Assembly: GCF_000010625.1 (NCBI RefSeq)
Contig: NC_010296.1
Location: 630,001 to 662,000 of the forward strand
Source: Microcystis aeruginosa NIES-843
Lineage (GTDB): Bacteria; Cyanobacteriota; Cyanobacteriia; Cyanobacteriales; Microcystaceae
Reading direction: 5' to 3'
DNA length: 32,000 nt
This document shows positions 24,231 to 32,000 of this stretch, one piece after another. Both the position numbers and the translations under genes were made by a program. The notes below the pieces were generated by a model. That model was not told the DNA's origin. It saw only the letters and a program-made list of their open reading frames with translations, and searched no databases. The stretch's first letter is position 1, and every line of letters begins with the position of its first letter.

Positions 24231-27200
24231 ATGAATAACAATCAAACTCCACGGAAACAAGGACTATACGATCCCCGATTTGAACATGATGCTTGTGGTG
24301 TCGGTTTTATCGTTCATAAAACGGGTAAAAAGTCCCACGATATTGTTGAACAAGCCTTAACAATTTTACTAAACCTCGATCACCGTGGCGCGTGCGGTGC
24401 GGAAAAAAATACGGGAGATGGGGCGGGTATTTTATGCCAAATCCCCGACCTATTTTTCCGGAAAGTGACCAGTAATCTAGGTTTTACCTTACCGGCAGCG
24501 GGACAATACGGGGTAGGAATGCTCTACACGGCCCCTGATGCCGAAATTCGCGGGAAAAGTCGCCAGGAATTCGAGAAAATCGCCGCCGAAGAGGGGTTAA
24601 AAGTTCTCGGTTGGCGTGATGTTCCCACGGATAACTCCAGTTTAGGCAATTCGGCCAAATCTACCGAACCCTTTATCGAACAGGTTTTCATCGAACGCGA
24701 TGCCAATTTAAGCGATGATCTGGCCTTTGAACGCAAATTATACGTTATTCGCAAACGTTCCCACCTCAGTCGTCAATCCTTTAATCGTTACTGGTATCCT
24801 TGCAGTATTTCTAGTCGTACCATTGTCTATAAAGGGCAATTAATGCCGGTACAGGTGGGTGACTATTTTCCTGATTTACACGACCCCGACTTTCAAAGTG
24901 CTTTAGGATTAGTCCATTCCCGTTTTAGTACCAATACCTTCCCCAGTTGGGAACGCGCCCACCCCTACCGTTATATTGCCCACAATGGCGAAATTAATAC
25001 CCTGCGAGGTAATATTAACTGGATGCACGCCCGTCAGTCGATGTTTGCCTCACCCTTGTTCGGGGAAGACATCAAAAAAATCCAGCCGGTTATTAATATC
25101 GAGGGTAGTGACTCCTTAATTTTTGATAATGCCCTAGAATTAATGGTTTTATCGGGGCGTTCTCTCCCTCACGCTGTCATGATGATGATTCCTGAACCCT
25201 GGGCGGCCCACGAATCGATGAGTGACGAGAAAAAAGCCTTTTATGAATACCATTCCTGTTTGATGGAACCCTGGGATGGTCCGGCCTCGATCGCTTTTAC
25301 CGATGGTACGATGATGGGAGCAGTGTTAGACCGCAATGGTTTACGTCCTTCCCGTTACTACGTCACCAAAGATGACCTAGTAATCATGGCATCGGAAGCG
25401 GGAGTTTTACCCATTGAACCAGAACGCGTCGCTTTTAAAGGTCGTCTGCAACCCGGCCGGATGTTCCTTGTGGATATGAAAGAAGGTCGTATCGTGGCCG
25501 ATGAGGAGATAAAAGAAGGTATTGCCAAAGCTCATCCCTATCGCCAGTGGTTAAACGAAAATTTAGTCAATTTAGATGATTTACTGGCCGTTGAAACTGC
25601 GCCACCGGAAACTGCTGTTTCCCTAATTCAACAGCAAACCGCTTTCGGTTACACTTTTGAGGAATTACGTCTTTTATTAGCTCCCATGGGCCGGGATGGA
25701 GTGGAAGCAGTGGGTTCCATGGGTTCCGATACACCCCTAGCCGTCTTGTCCGATCGCCCAAAACTGCTTTATGATTACTTTCAGCAGTTATTCGCCCAAG
25801 TCACTAACCCCCCGATTGACTCGATTCGCGAAGAAATTATCACCTCTCCCATCACCACTATCGGCGCGGAGAGAAATCTCCTGGATCCGCAGCCAGAAAG
25901 CTGTCACCTGATTAAACTTAACTCTCCCATCCTCACCAACGCCCAATTAGCGCGTTTACAGGGCAATAGCGAATTTAAAACCGTGACTATTCCCATTCTC
26001 TTTGATCCCACTTCGGGAGTCGAGGGAATGCGTAGCACAATTGAGGCAATTTGTCAAGAGGTGGACGAGGCAATTTTAGCGGGCGCGAGCATTATTATTT
26101 TAAGCGATCGAGGTATCGATAAAAATCACGCCCCGATTCCCTCACTGCTGGCGGTTGCTGGTTTACACCACCACCTCATCCGGCAGGGAACCCGTACCAG
26201 AGTCGGTCTTGTCCTGGAATCCGGCGAACCCCGGGAAGTGCATCACTACGCCCTTTTACTCGGTTATGGTTGCGGTGCGATTAATCCCTATCTAGCCTTT
26301 GCCACCCTCGGCAGTATGATCGAGGAAGGTTTATTGGTAGGAGTTGACCACCAGAGTGCCTGTAAAAACTACATAAAAGCCGCCACCAAGGGCGTAATTA
26401 AAGTGGCCTCTAAAATTGGCATTTCTACCCTGCAAAGCTACCGTGGGGCGCAAATATTCGAGGCTATTGGCTTAAATCGATCGGTAGTCGATCGCTATTT
26501 TACTTGGACAGCTTCCCGCATTGAAGGGGCCGATTTAGAAATTATTGCCAAAGAATCCCTACTCAGACACGGCCACGCTTTCCCCGACCGGGACGTGAAT
26601 GTGCATACCCTCGATATTGGCGGTGAATATCAATGGCGTAAGGACGGGGAAGCCCATCTTTTTAGCCCAGAAACCATTCACACCCTGCAACAAGCGGTAA
26701 AATTGGGCAAATACGACCTCTTTAAGAAATATTCCCAACTGGTCAACCAACAAAATCAAAAATTCTTCACCCTGCGGGGATTATTAACCTTTAAAAACCG
26801 GGAAAGTATCCCCATCGAAGAAGTGGAACCGATTGAAGCGATTATGAAACGCTTTAAAACCGGGGCCATGAGTTACGGGTCTATTTCCAAAGAGGCCCAC
26901 GAATCCCTCGCTATTGCCATGAATCGTATCGGTGGCAAGTCGAACACCGGGGAAGGGGGCGAAGATTCCGAGCGCTACACTTGGACAAATGAACAGGGAG
27001 ACTCGAAAAATAGTGCCATTAAACAGGTGGCTTCCGGCCGTTTTGGTGTCACCAGTCTTTACCTCTCCCAAGCGCGAGAATTGCAGATAAAAATGGCCCA
27101 GGGGGCAAAACCGGGCGAAGGCGGTCAATTACCGGGTAAAAAAGTCTATCCTTGGATTGCCAAAGTCCGTCACTCCACCCCCGGAGTCGGTTTAATCTCT

Positions 27201-28805
27201 CCCCCACCCCACCACGATATCTACTCGATTGAAGACCTCGCGGAGTTGATTCATGACCTAAAAAATGCCAATCGCGCGGCGAGAGTGAGCGTAAAACTGG
27301 TTTCTGAGGTGGGAGTTGGCACAATCGCCGCCGGAGTCGCTAAAGCTCACGCCGACGTGGTTTTAATCTCTGGTTTCGATGGTGGGACCGGTGCCTCACC
27401 GCAAACCTCGATTAAACACGCGGGTTTACCCTGGGAGTTGGGACTAGCAGAAACCCATCAAACATTGGTGTTAAATAATCTTCGCAGTCGCATTGCGGTG
27501 GAAACCGATGGCCAGATGAAAACCGGCCGCGATGTGGTGGTGGCGACCCTATTGGGGGCCGAAGAATTCGGTTTTTCCACCGCGCCACTGGTAACGTTAG
27601 GCTGTATTATGATGCGGGTTTGTCATCTTAATACCTGTCCGGCGGGGGTAGCGACCCAGGATCCGTTATTACGGAAGAATTTCATCGGGGATCCTGAATA
27701 TACGGTGAATTTCATGAAATTTATCGCCCAGGAAGTGCGGGAAATTATGGCCGAATTGGGATTCCGCACCTTAAATGAAATGGTGGGGCGAACTGATGTA
27801 TTAGAGCCGAAACAGGCTGTAGAACATTGGAAAGCGAAAGGAATTGACCTAACTCCGATTCTCTATCAACCGGAGGTAGCTCCAGAGGTAGGACGCTATT
27901 GCCAGATTCCCCAGGACCACGGTTTAGATAAGTCCTTGGATATAACCGTTTTACTGGATTTATGCAAAGATGCCATTGAAAAAGGCGAAAAAGTCAAGGC
28001 GACACTACCGATTAAAAATATTAACCGCGTGGTGGGGACGATTTTAGGCAACGAAATCACTAAACGTCACTGGGGGGGTTTACCCGAAGATACCGTACAT
28101 CTCCATTTTCAGGGCAGCGCGGGGCAGAGTTTCGGTGCTTTTGTTCCCAAAGGGGTGACACTGGAGTTAGAAGGGGATGCTAATGATTATGTGGGTAAGG
28201 GTTTAAGTGGTGGCAAAATCATCGTTTATCCGCCCAAAGGTTCCACTTTTGTGGCCGAGGAGAATATTATCATCGGTAACGTGGCTTTATACGGCGCGAC
28301 CAGTGGTGAGGTGTATATTTCTGGGGTTGCTGGGGAACGTTTTGGGGTGCGTAACTCTGGGGTGACTACGGTGGTTGAGTCCGTTGGCGACCACGCTTGC
28401 GAGTATATGACTGGGGGTAAAGTCGTTGTTTTAGGGCCCACCGGTCGCAATTTCGCCGCCGGGATGAGTGGTGGTGTCGCCTACGTCCTCGACGAGTCGG
28501 GGGATTTCGCCACTCGTTGCAATACCCAAATGGTGGCTTTAGAGGCGCTAGAAGCGGAAGAAATCGACGATTTACGCGAGTTAATTCAACGCCATGCTGA
28601 TTACACCCAAAGTCAAAAAGCGGCATTGGTTTTAGCAAATTGGTCGGAAATGTTGCCCAAGTTTGTTAAAGTAATGCCCAAGGATTATAAGCGGATGTTG
28701 CAGTGTATTAAAGAGGCGTTAGATTCCGGTTTAACCGGCGATTCTGCCCTCGATGCGGCTTTTGAAGCCAACGCCCGCGATGTGGCAAGGATTGGCGGCA
28801 GTTAG
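24231..28805 (+). CDS. glsF: Ferredoxin-dependent glutamate synthase (Fd-GOGAT)
   Basis: 1524 aa. N-terminal 'HDACGVGFI' amidotransferase Cys, FMN/3Fe-4S region '[27 protein letters not shown]', and C-terminal GXGXG beta-helix domain. A single polypeptide with no NADPH subunit adjacent. Confidence 0.95.
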   Translation: MNNNQTPRKQGLYDPRFEHDACGVGFIVHKTGKKSHDIVEQALTILLNLDHRGACGAEKNTGDGAGILCQIPDLFFRKVTSNLGFTLPAAGQYGVGMLYTAPDAEIRGKSRQEFEKIAAEEGLKVLGWRDVPTDNSSLGNSAKSTEPFIEQVFIERDANLSDDLAFERKLYVIRKRSHLSRQSFNRYWYPCSISSRTIVYKGQLMPVQVGDYFPDLHDPDFQSALGLVHSRFSTNTFPSWERAHPYRYIAHNGEINTLRGNINWMHARQSMFASPLFGEDIKKIQPVINIEGSDSLIFDNALELMVLSGRSLPHAVMMMIPEPWAAHESMSDEKKAFYEYHSCLMEPWDGPASIAFTDGTMMGAVLDRNGLRPSRYYVTKDDLVIMASEAGVLPIEPERVAFKGRLQPGRMFLVDMKEGRIVADEEIKEGIAKAHPYRQWLNENLVNLDDLLAVETAPPETAVSLIQQQTAFGYTFEELRLLLAPMGRDGVEAVGSMGSDTPLAVLSDRPKLLYDYFQQLFAQVTNPPIDSIREEIITSPITTIGAERNLLDPQPESCHLIKLNSPILTNAQLARLQGNSEFKTVTIPILFDPTSGVEGMRSTIEAICQEVDEAILAGASIIILSDRGIDKNHAPIPSLLAVAGLHHHLIRQGTRTRVGLVLESGEPREVHHYALLLGYGCGAINPYLAFATLGSMIEEGLLVGVDHQSACKNYIKAATKGVIKVASKIGISTLQSYRGAQIFEAIGLNRSVVDRYFTWTASRIEGADLEIIAKESLLRHGHAFPDRDVNVHTLDIGGEYQWRKDGEAHLFSPETIHTLQQAVKLGKYDLFKKYSQLVNQQNQKFFTLRGLLTFKNRESIPIEEVEPIEAIMKRFKTGAMSYGSISKEAHESLAIAMNRIGGKSNTGEGGEDSERYTWTNEQGDSKNSAIKQVASGRFGVTSLYLSQARELQIKMAQGAKPGEGGQLPGKKVYPWIAKVRHSTPGVGLISPPPHHDIYSIEDLAELIHDLKNANRAARVSVKLVSEVGVGTIAAGVAKAHADVVLISGFDGGTGASPQTSIKHAGLPWELGLAETHQTLVLNNLRSRIAVETDGQMKTGRDVVVATLLGAEEFGFSTAPLVTLGCIMMRVCHLNTCPAGVATQDPLLRKNFIGDPEYTVNFMKFIAQEVREIMAELGFRTLNEMVGRTDVLEPKQAVEHWKAKGIDLTPILYQPEVAPEVGRYCQIPQDHGLDKSLDITVLLDLCKDAIEKGEKVKATLPIKNINRVVGTILGNEITKRHWGGLPEDTVHLHFQGSAGQSFGAFVPKGVTLELEGDANDYVGKGLSGGKIIVYPPKGSTFVAEENIIIGNVALYGATSGEVYISGVAGERFGVRNSGVTTVVESVGDHACEYMTGGKVVVLGPTGRNFAAGMSGGVAYVLDESGDFATRCNTQMVALEALEAEEIDDLRELIQRHADYTQSQKAALVLANWSEMLPKFVKVMPKDYKRMLQCIKEALDSGLTGDSALDAAFEANARDVARIGGS

Positions 28806-28813
28806 AGTTTCAT

Positions 28814-28840
28814 GGGGGCTTATTCAGCCCCCTTGTTTAT
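28814..28840 (+). terminator. Rho-independent terminator candidate for glsF
   Basis: Stem 'gggggc' (28814..28819) / 'gccccc' (28827..28832), loop 'ttattca', followed by 'ttgtttatt', beginning 9 nt after the stop codon. Confidence 0.6.
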
Positions 28841-28871
28841 TCCTGTGGTTATTCTGATAAATTGTTAGTAT

Positions 28872-29459
28872 TCAACCTTCCTTTTCGCTTTGGTATTGAA
28901 AAGGTAAAGCAATTCTGCCATGAAAATTATAAAATCTTTTAGAAAAATGTTCTAGATAAGGACTACTTAATATCGTTCTTCGTTTCGCCATACCAATTTC
29001 TAGTTGACGATATATTGTTTTAGAATCTAGCCCAAAAACCTTTTTAAAGTCAGCCGTTAGTTCTTGAACCCCTTCATTTTGTAGATCACAGTTATTAGGA
29101 ATTTTTTCAAAAAAATAATATCTTTCATCTCGCTGAGTTTTTATTAAGTTCCACGCGTCAGTCTTCCTAACTATATCTTTAATTTCTTGTGCTGACGATA
29201 TCTCACAAAAGATTATAGAGTTTAGTAACTTATGAGGCTGATTAATATCAGGTTGTCTAGCTTGGTAATCCCAATCTAAATCACAATCTTGAGAGACTAC
29301 AATGACAAAAGGATGTAAAATAGGATCAAAAGCAACATCTTCTGATTCTTGAGATAGATCACTGGCAACTGGATTATATTGAATTACATCAGTAAGTATT
29401 TCTCCTTGTCTCAACGCACTTCCTTCAATCGATTTTTTATAAATGATGTGATCGGCCAT
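28872..29459 (-). CDS. Hypothetical protein, third gene of the AT-rich operon
   Basis: 195-aa ORF 20 nt downstream of the preceding ORF. No family was recognised. Contains 'HPFVIVVSQDCDLDWDY'. Confidence 0.55.
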   Translation of the reverse strand: MADHIIYKKSIEGSALRQGEILTDVIQYNPVASDLSQESEDVAFDPILHPFVIVVSQDCDLDWDYQARQPDINQPHKLLNSIIFCEISSAQEIKDIVRKTDAWNLIKTQRDERYYFFEKIPNNCDLQNEGVQELTADFKKVFGLDSKTIYRQLEIGMAKRRTILSSPYLEHFSKRFYNFHGRIALPFQYQSEKEG

Positions 29460-29479
29460 AAAACATCCAGACTAACAAA

Positions 29480-29857
29480 TTATGGTTCTAAAATAATAGG
29501 TTGTCTAATCTGTATCGCTCTCAATTTACCTCTAATACTACTGGCTGGAATTACAGGTACAATTTTCTCAGGACTAAGATTAGAATAAAAACTCGCAATG
29601 TCTTCCAGTTGTGTTACCGATTCATCTAACGCATCTTCAGGAAGAGACTGTAATATTAACAGACATTTAATAAGTGCAATTAATTTGTCTTGAGGAAATT
29701 CTCTCCAATGAGTTGTTAAAGACAAGGAAGAGTCAGACATCGTGAGATCGAAACTAGGATAGTTTCCAGTTATCGTTCTACCAGCTTTTCTATCAATTAA
29801 CAAATTTACTAGAAAATCACCAGTTGAGGTTTGACTTTTGTTAGGACGGATCGACAT
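29480..29857 (-). CDS. Hypothetical protein, second gene of the AT-rich operon (start uncertain)
   Basis: The track ORF runs to 29959, overlapping the upstream gene by 119 nt. The internal ATG at 29857 ('MSIRPNKSQ..') reduces the overlap to 17 nt. No family was recognised. Confidence 0.4.
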   Translation of the reverse strand: MSIRPNKSQTSTGDFLVNLLIDRKAGRTITGNYPSFDLTMSDSSLSLTTHWREFPQDKLIALIKCLLILQSLPEDALDESVTQLEDIASFYSNLSPEKIVPVIPASSIRGKLRAIQIRQPIILEP

Positions 29858-30632
29858 TGGTCGGTCGTAATGCGTCGTGGAGAGTTTCGCTAATACTGCA
29901 CCGGAAGAGCTTTCTGGCGGATTTGTTGAAGCTATCGAGTATGTTCCAGACATTTTCATCCCTCGCTATTTTTCTTTCTGTGTAAAAATCTGCATCTAAT
30001 AGATAGGCTTCCTCTTCATCATTTGCTTTAGTATTTTCAACATATACTAATCCATGATTAAAATTCACCTGTCCATTATCTACTTTCAAAACCAAACTCT
30101 TGTTTATCGATTGAATAGATGCAGAAAAATCAGAATCGTAAAGTTCTGAAGCAATTCTTCTTGTGATTAGCTCTGACCACTTTTTACTCTCTAATTGTAG
30201 TTCGGAACGTACAATTAAATCTCGATATCTCAATCCAACTCTTGTGTAAAAAGATGGTTTATATATTCTTTCAAAAATTGTAACTGCGAACTCCAATTTT
30301 TCCCTGAAATATTCGTATCTTTCGTATGCAGATGTCGTGAGCGCAATCAAATCTTTATCAACAGCTAACTTCCATTTTTGATCTTCTGATTTAAAAATAT
30401 AGGCACTATTGTTAGGTAGCGGCAAATTAAATTGTTGAACGACCTTGGCAATTTCAGGAGGTATCTGTGGTTGAGTACGTTCAAAAAGTGGATATTGAAA
30501 TCTGATCTCATCTTGAAATTCAACAGGTTCTTGATGAGATATTTTTAATATAGGTGGAAAGGTCAATTGACAAACCACCTCGAATAATGGATTGTACTCG
30601 TAAATGACACGATCAAACTCTGGTAGTTTCAT
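29841..30632 (-). CDS. TIGR04255-like protein of unknown function, first gene of the AT-rich operon
   Basis: 263 aa. The N-terminal 'YEYNPLFEVVCQLTFPPILKI' and the ~260-aa length match my recollection of the TIGR04255 family. Not verified by search. Confidence 0.6.
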   Translation of the reverse strand: MKLPEFDRVIYEYNPLFEVVCQLTFPPILKISHQEPVEFQDEIRFQYPLFERTQPQIPPEIAKVVQQFNLPLPNNSAYIFKSEDQKWKLAVDKDLIALTTSAYERYEYFREKLEFAVTIFERIYKPSFYTRVGLRYRDLIVRSELQLESKKWSELITRRIASELYDSDFSASIQSINKSLVLKVDNGQVNFNHGLVYVENTKANDEEEAYLLDADFYTERKIARDENVWNILDSFNKSARKLFRCSISETLHDALRPTNVDPS

Positions 30633-30667
30633 TGACTCATGCTAATCTATGTAATGCTTGCATGGCA

Positions 30668-30697
30668 ATTATACCATAAAACGACAACGATTGACAA
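30668..30697 (-). promoter_or_regulatory. Sigma70-type promoter candidate for the three-gene operon
   Basis: Minus strand reads 'TTGTCA-(18 nt)-tgg-TATAAT'. The -35 is the reverse complement of 30692..30697 and the -10 is the reverse complement of 30668..30673, with a TGn extended -10. It lies about 35 nt upstream of the ATG at 30632. Confidence 0.4.
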
Positions 30698-31132
30698 TAT
30701 TTAGTAATATTTTAATAAAATGGCAGCGGTTTCGCCTGTATTATATCTATCTTTACACAAATAAACCCAAATAATTTTTTACATCTAATTGTCTGAATAT
30801 TTAAAAATCAATATTTAAAATATATTAAAAAAGTCGAATAAAAATTGAAAAGACGACTTGTGCTATAAAAACTCAAAAGGGATGATAGTGTCGAGTTTTC
30901 CGATAGGTTGGGAAAAACGATTACTGTTGTCACCATGGCCGAAAATTCCCTCCGTTTCCCCACCCACGAGGATCGACCTTGACCCTACAGGACTGATATT
31001 TTCCCATCTTTAGCAGAATATCGGCATCTAGAAGAGGGTGCGATCGCACGGCAGTTATAGTTGAGAGGGTGTGTTACACTAGCCTTAAGGCACTGTGTAG
31101 GCCGTAATCGAATTACTTCTCAACAATCCATT

Positions 31133-31381
31133 ATGATAAAAAATCTACGAGTTAGTTATGATGGAATGGTTTTCCGTCCCGAAGAAAAGATTGAATTAGA
31201 ACCCAATACCCATTACATCATCCAAATTATTTCTCGGGAAGATCCACTAGAAAATAACCATAAAAATGCTTGGGAACTGTTAGAAGAAATGGCTGGCACC
31301 TATGAAGCTCCAGAAGATTGGTCAAGGGAACACGATCATTATTTATATGATACTCCCAAAAGAAATATAAGCGATGAATAA
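31133..31381 (+). CDS. Putative antitoxin, AF2212/DUF104-like
   Basis: The start is taken at 'MIKNLRVSYDGMVFRPEEKIELEPNTHYIIQI', which resembles the DUF104 pattern 'YENGVFKPLE.V.L.EG..V.I'. Overlaps the PIN gene by 8 nt. Confidence 0.55.
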   Translation: MIKNLRVSYDGMVFRPEEKIELEPNTHYIIQIISREDPLENNHKNAWELLEEMAGTYEAPEDWSREHDHYLYDTPKRNISDE

Positions 31382-31784
31382 GTCCAAACTTTTTTTAGAT
31401 ACGGTCTTTATCCAAGCAATTCTCAATCCTCATGATCAATATCATCAAATTGCTATGCAGTTCCTCCCCTATGTAAAAAATGCAACAGCAGTTTGGGTTA
31501 CTGAAGCCATTTTTATGGAGGTTGGTAATGCTCTTAGTCATTACAATCGTCCTAAGGTTTCTGCCTTTATCAAGCAATGCTATCAAACCGATAATTTATT
31601 CGTTGTTACTATCACTTCTACTCTTTTTCAAAAAGGCTTAAAGCTCTACGAATCAAGAGCTGATAAAAGCTGGGGATTAGTAGATTGTTTTTCTTTTATT
31701 GTTATGGAAGAAAATCAAATTACCGACGCTTTAACTTCAGATGTTCATTTTATTCAAGCAGGTTTTCAAGCTTTACTACGATAA
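31374..31784 (+). CDS. PIN-domain toxin (VapC-like)
   Basis: 136 aa. 'LFLDTVFIQAILNPHDQYH', 'VTEAIFMEVGN' and 'LVDCFSFIVMEE..ALTSDVHF' fit the spacing of PIN acidic residues. Confidence 0.7.
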   Translation: MNKSKLFLDTVFIQAILNPHDQYHQIAMQFLPYVKNATAVWVTEAIFMEVGNALSHYNRPKVSAFIKQCYQTDNLFVVTITSTLFQKGLKLYESRADKSWGLVDCFSFIVMEENQITDALTSDVHFIQAGFQALLR

Positions 31785-32000
31785 TTAATTAGCGATCACC
31801 ATTTAGTTAAAGATATAATTTTACGGCAAGCGCGAAGATGAAAGGACTTTCTAGGCCGATAATTTCTCGATTCTAACCGATCGAAGCCCGGAAGGTGTAG
31901 GCGAACCGAAAACCCTCTCCATTAAGGACCCGTGTTAAAATCGTTAATCATGCTATTGTCTAGAAGCGACCTATGCCGAACTTAACCTTAAGCAATGAAC

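Noticed and set aside
24524-28638. Seven antisense or alternate-frame ORFs inside glsF
   Set aside because: They lie entirely within a long, clearly homologous 1524-aa gene and are typical shadow ORFs of GC-richer coding DNA.
29379-29588. 69-aa plus-strand ORF
   Set aside because: It is antisense across the junction of two minus-strand operon genes. It is hydrophobic low-complexity sequence of the kind expected from AT-rich DNA.
28841-30720. Search for terminal inverted or direct repeats delimiting the AT-rich three-gene block as a discrete mobile cassette
   Set aside because: Only a weak resemblance was found ('tgataaattgttagta' versus 'tgacaatatttagta'), which is not convincing in AT-rich DNA. 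The boundaries remain undefined.
31860-31920. 'gaagcccggaaggtgtaggcgaaccg' resembling the conserved SRP/4.5S RNA core
   Set aside because: It lacks the surrounding conserved helix-8 motif and a long closing helix, so the similarity is too short to call an ncRNA.

Overview
All calls were made by eye from the sequence and ORF track, with no database searches. The window looks like cyanobacterial chromosome, probably Microcystis-like. That inference rests on cpcT, crtR, ferredoxin-type glutamate synthase, ycf49-like genes, HIP1 GCGATCGC palindromes, heptamer tandem repeats and a very high IS/MITE/toxin-antitoxin load. Core genes: gshB-grxC, a YggT-family gene, rplI, cpcT, xth, crtR and glsF (1524 aa). 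About a third of the window is mobile DNA. There are two ISKra4-like IS copies, both destroyed by nested insertions. One carries a MITE that in turn carries an IS1634-like IS; the other carries an IS630-like IS at a TA. There is also a Tn5-like IS4 element with a 9-bp target duplication inside a C6/G6 hairpin repeat array, a second IS630-like element clipping the 3' end of a PEP-CTERM gene, and an IS5/IS1182-like element whose transposase has one in-frame TAG. Three MITEs share that element's termini, and two of them carry a (GGGGTGT)n G-quadruplex-type tract. Four toxin-antitoxin-like pairs are present: higBA, vapBC-like, DUF433/DUF5615 and DUF104-like/PIN. The best candidate for something undescribed is an AT-rich three-gene operon at 28872..30632 on the minus strand. 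It encodes a TIGR04255-like protein and two proteins I cannot assign to any family, has its own strong promoter, and sits between glsF and a PIN toxin-antitoxin pair. Its function is unknown, and a defence or accessory role is only inference.
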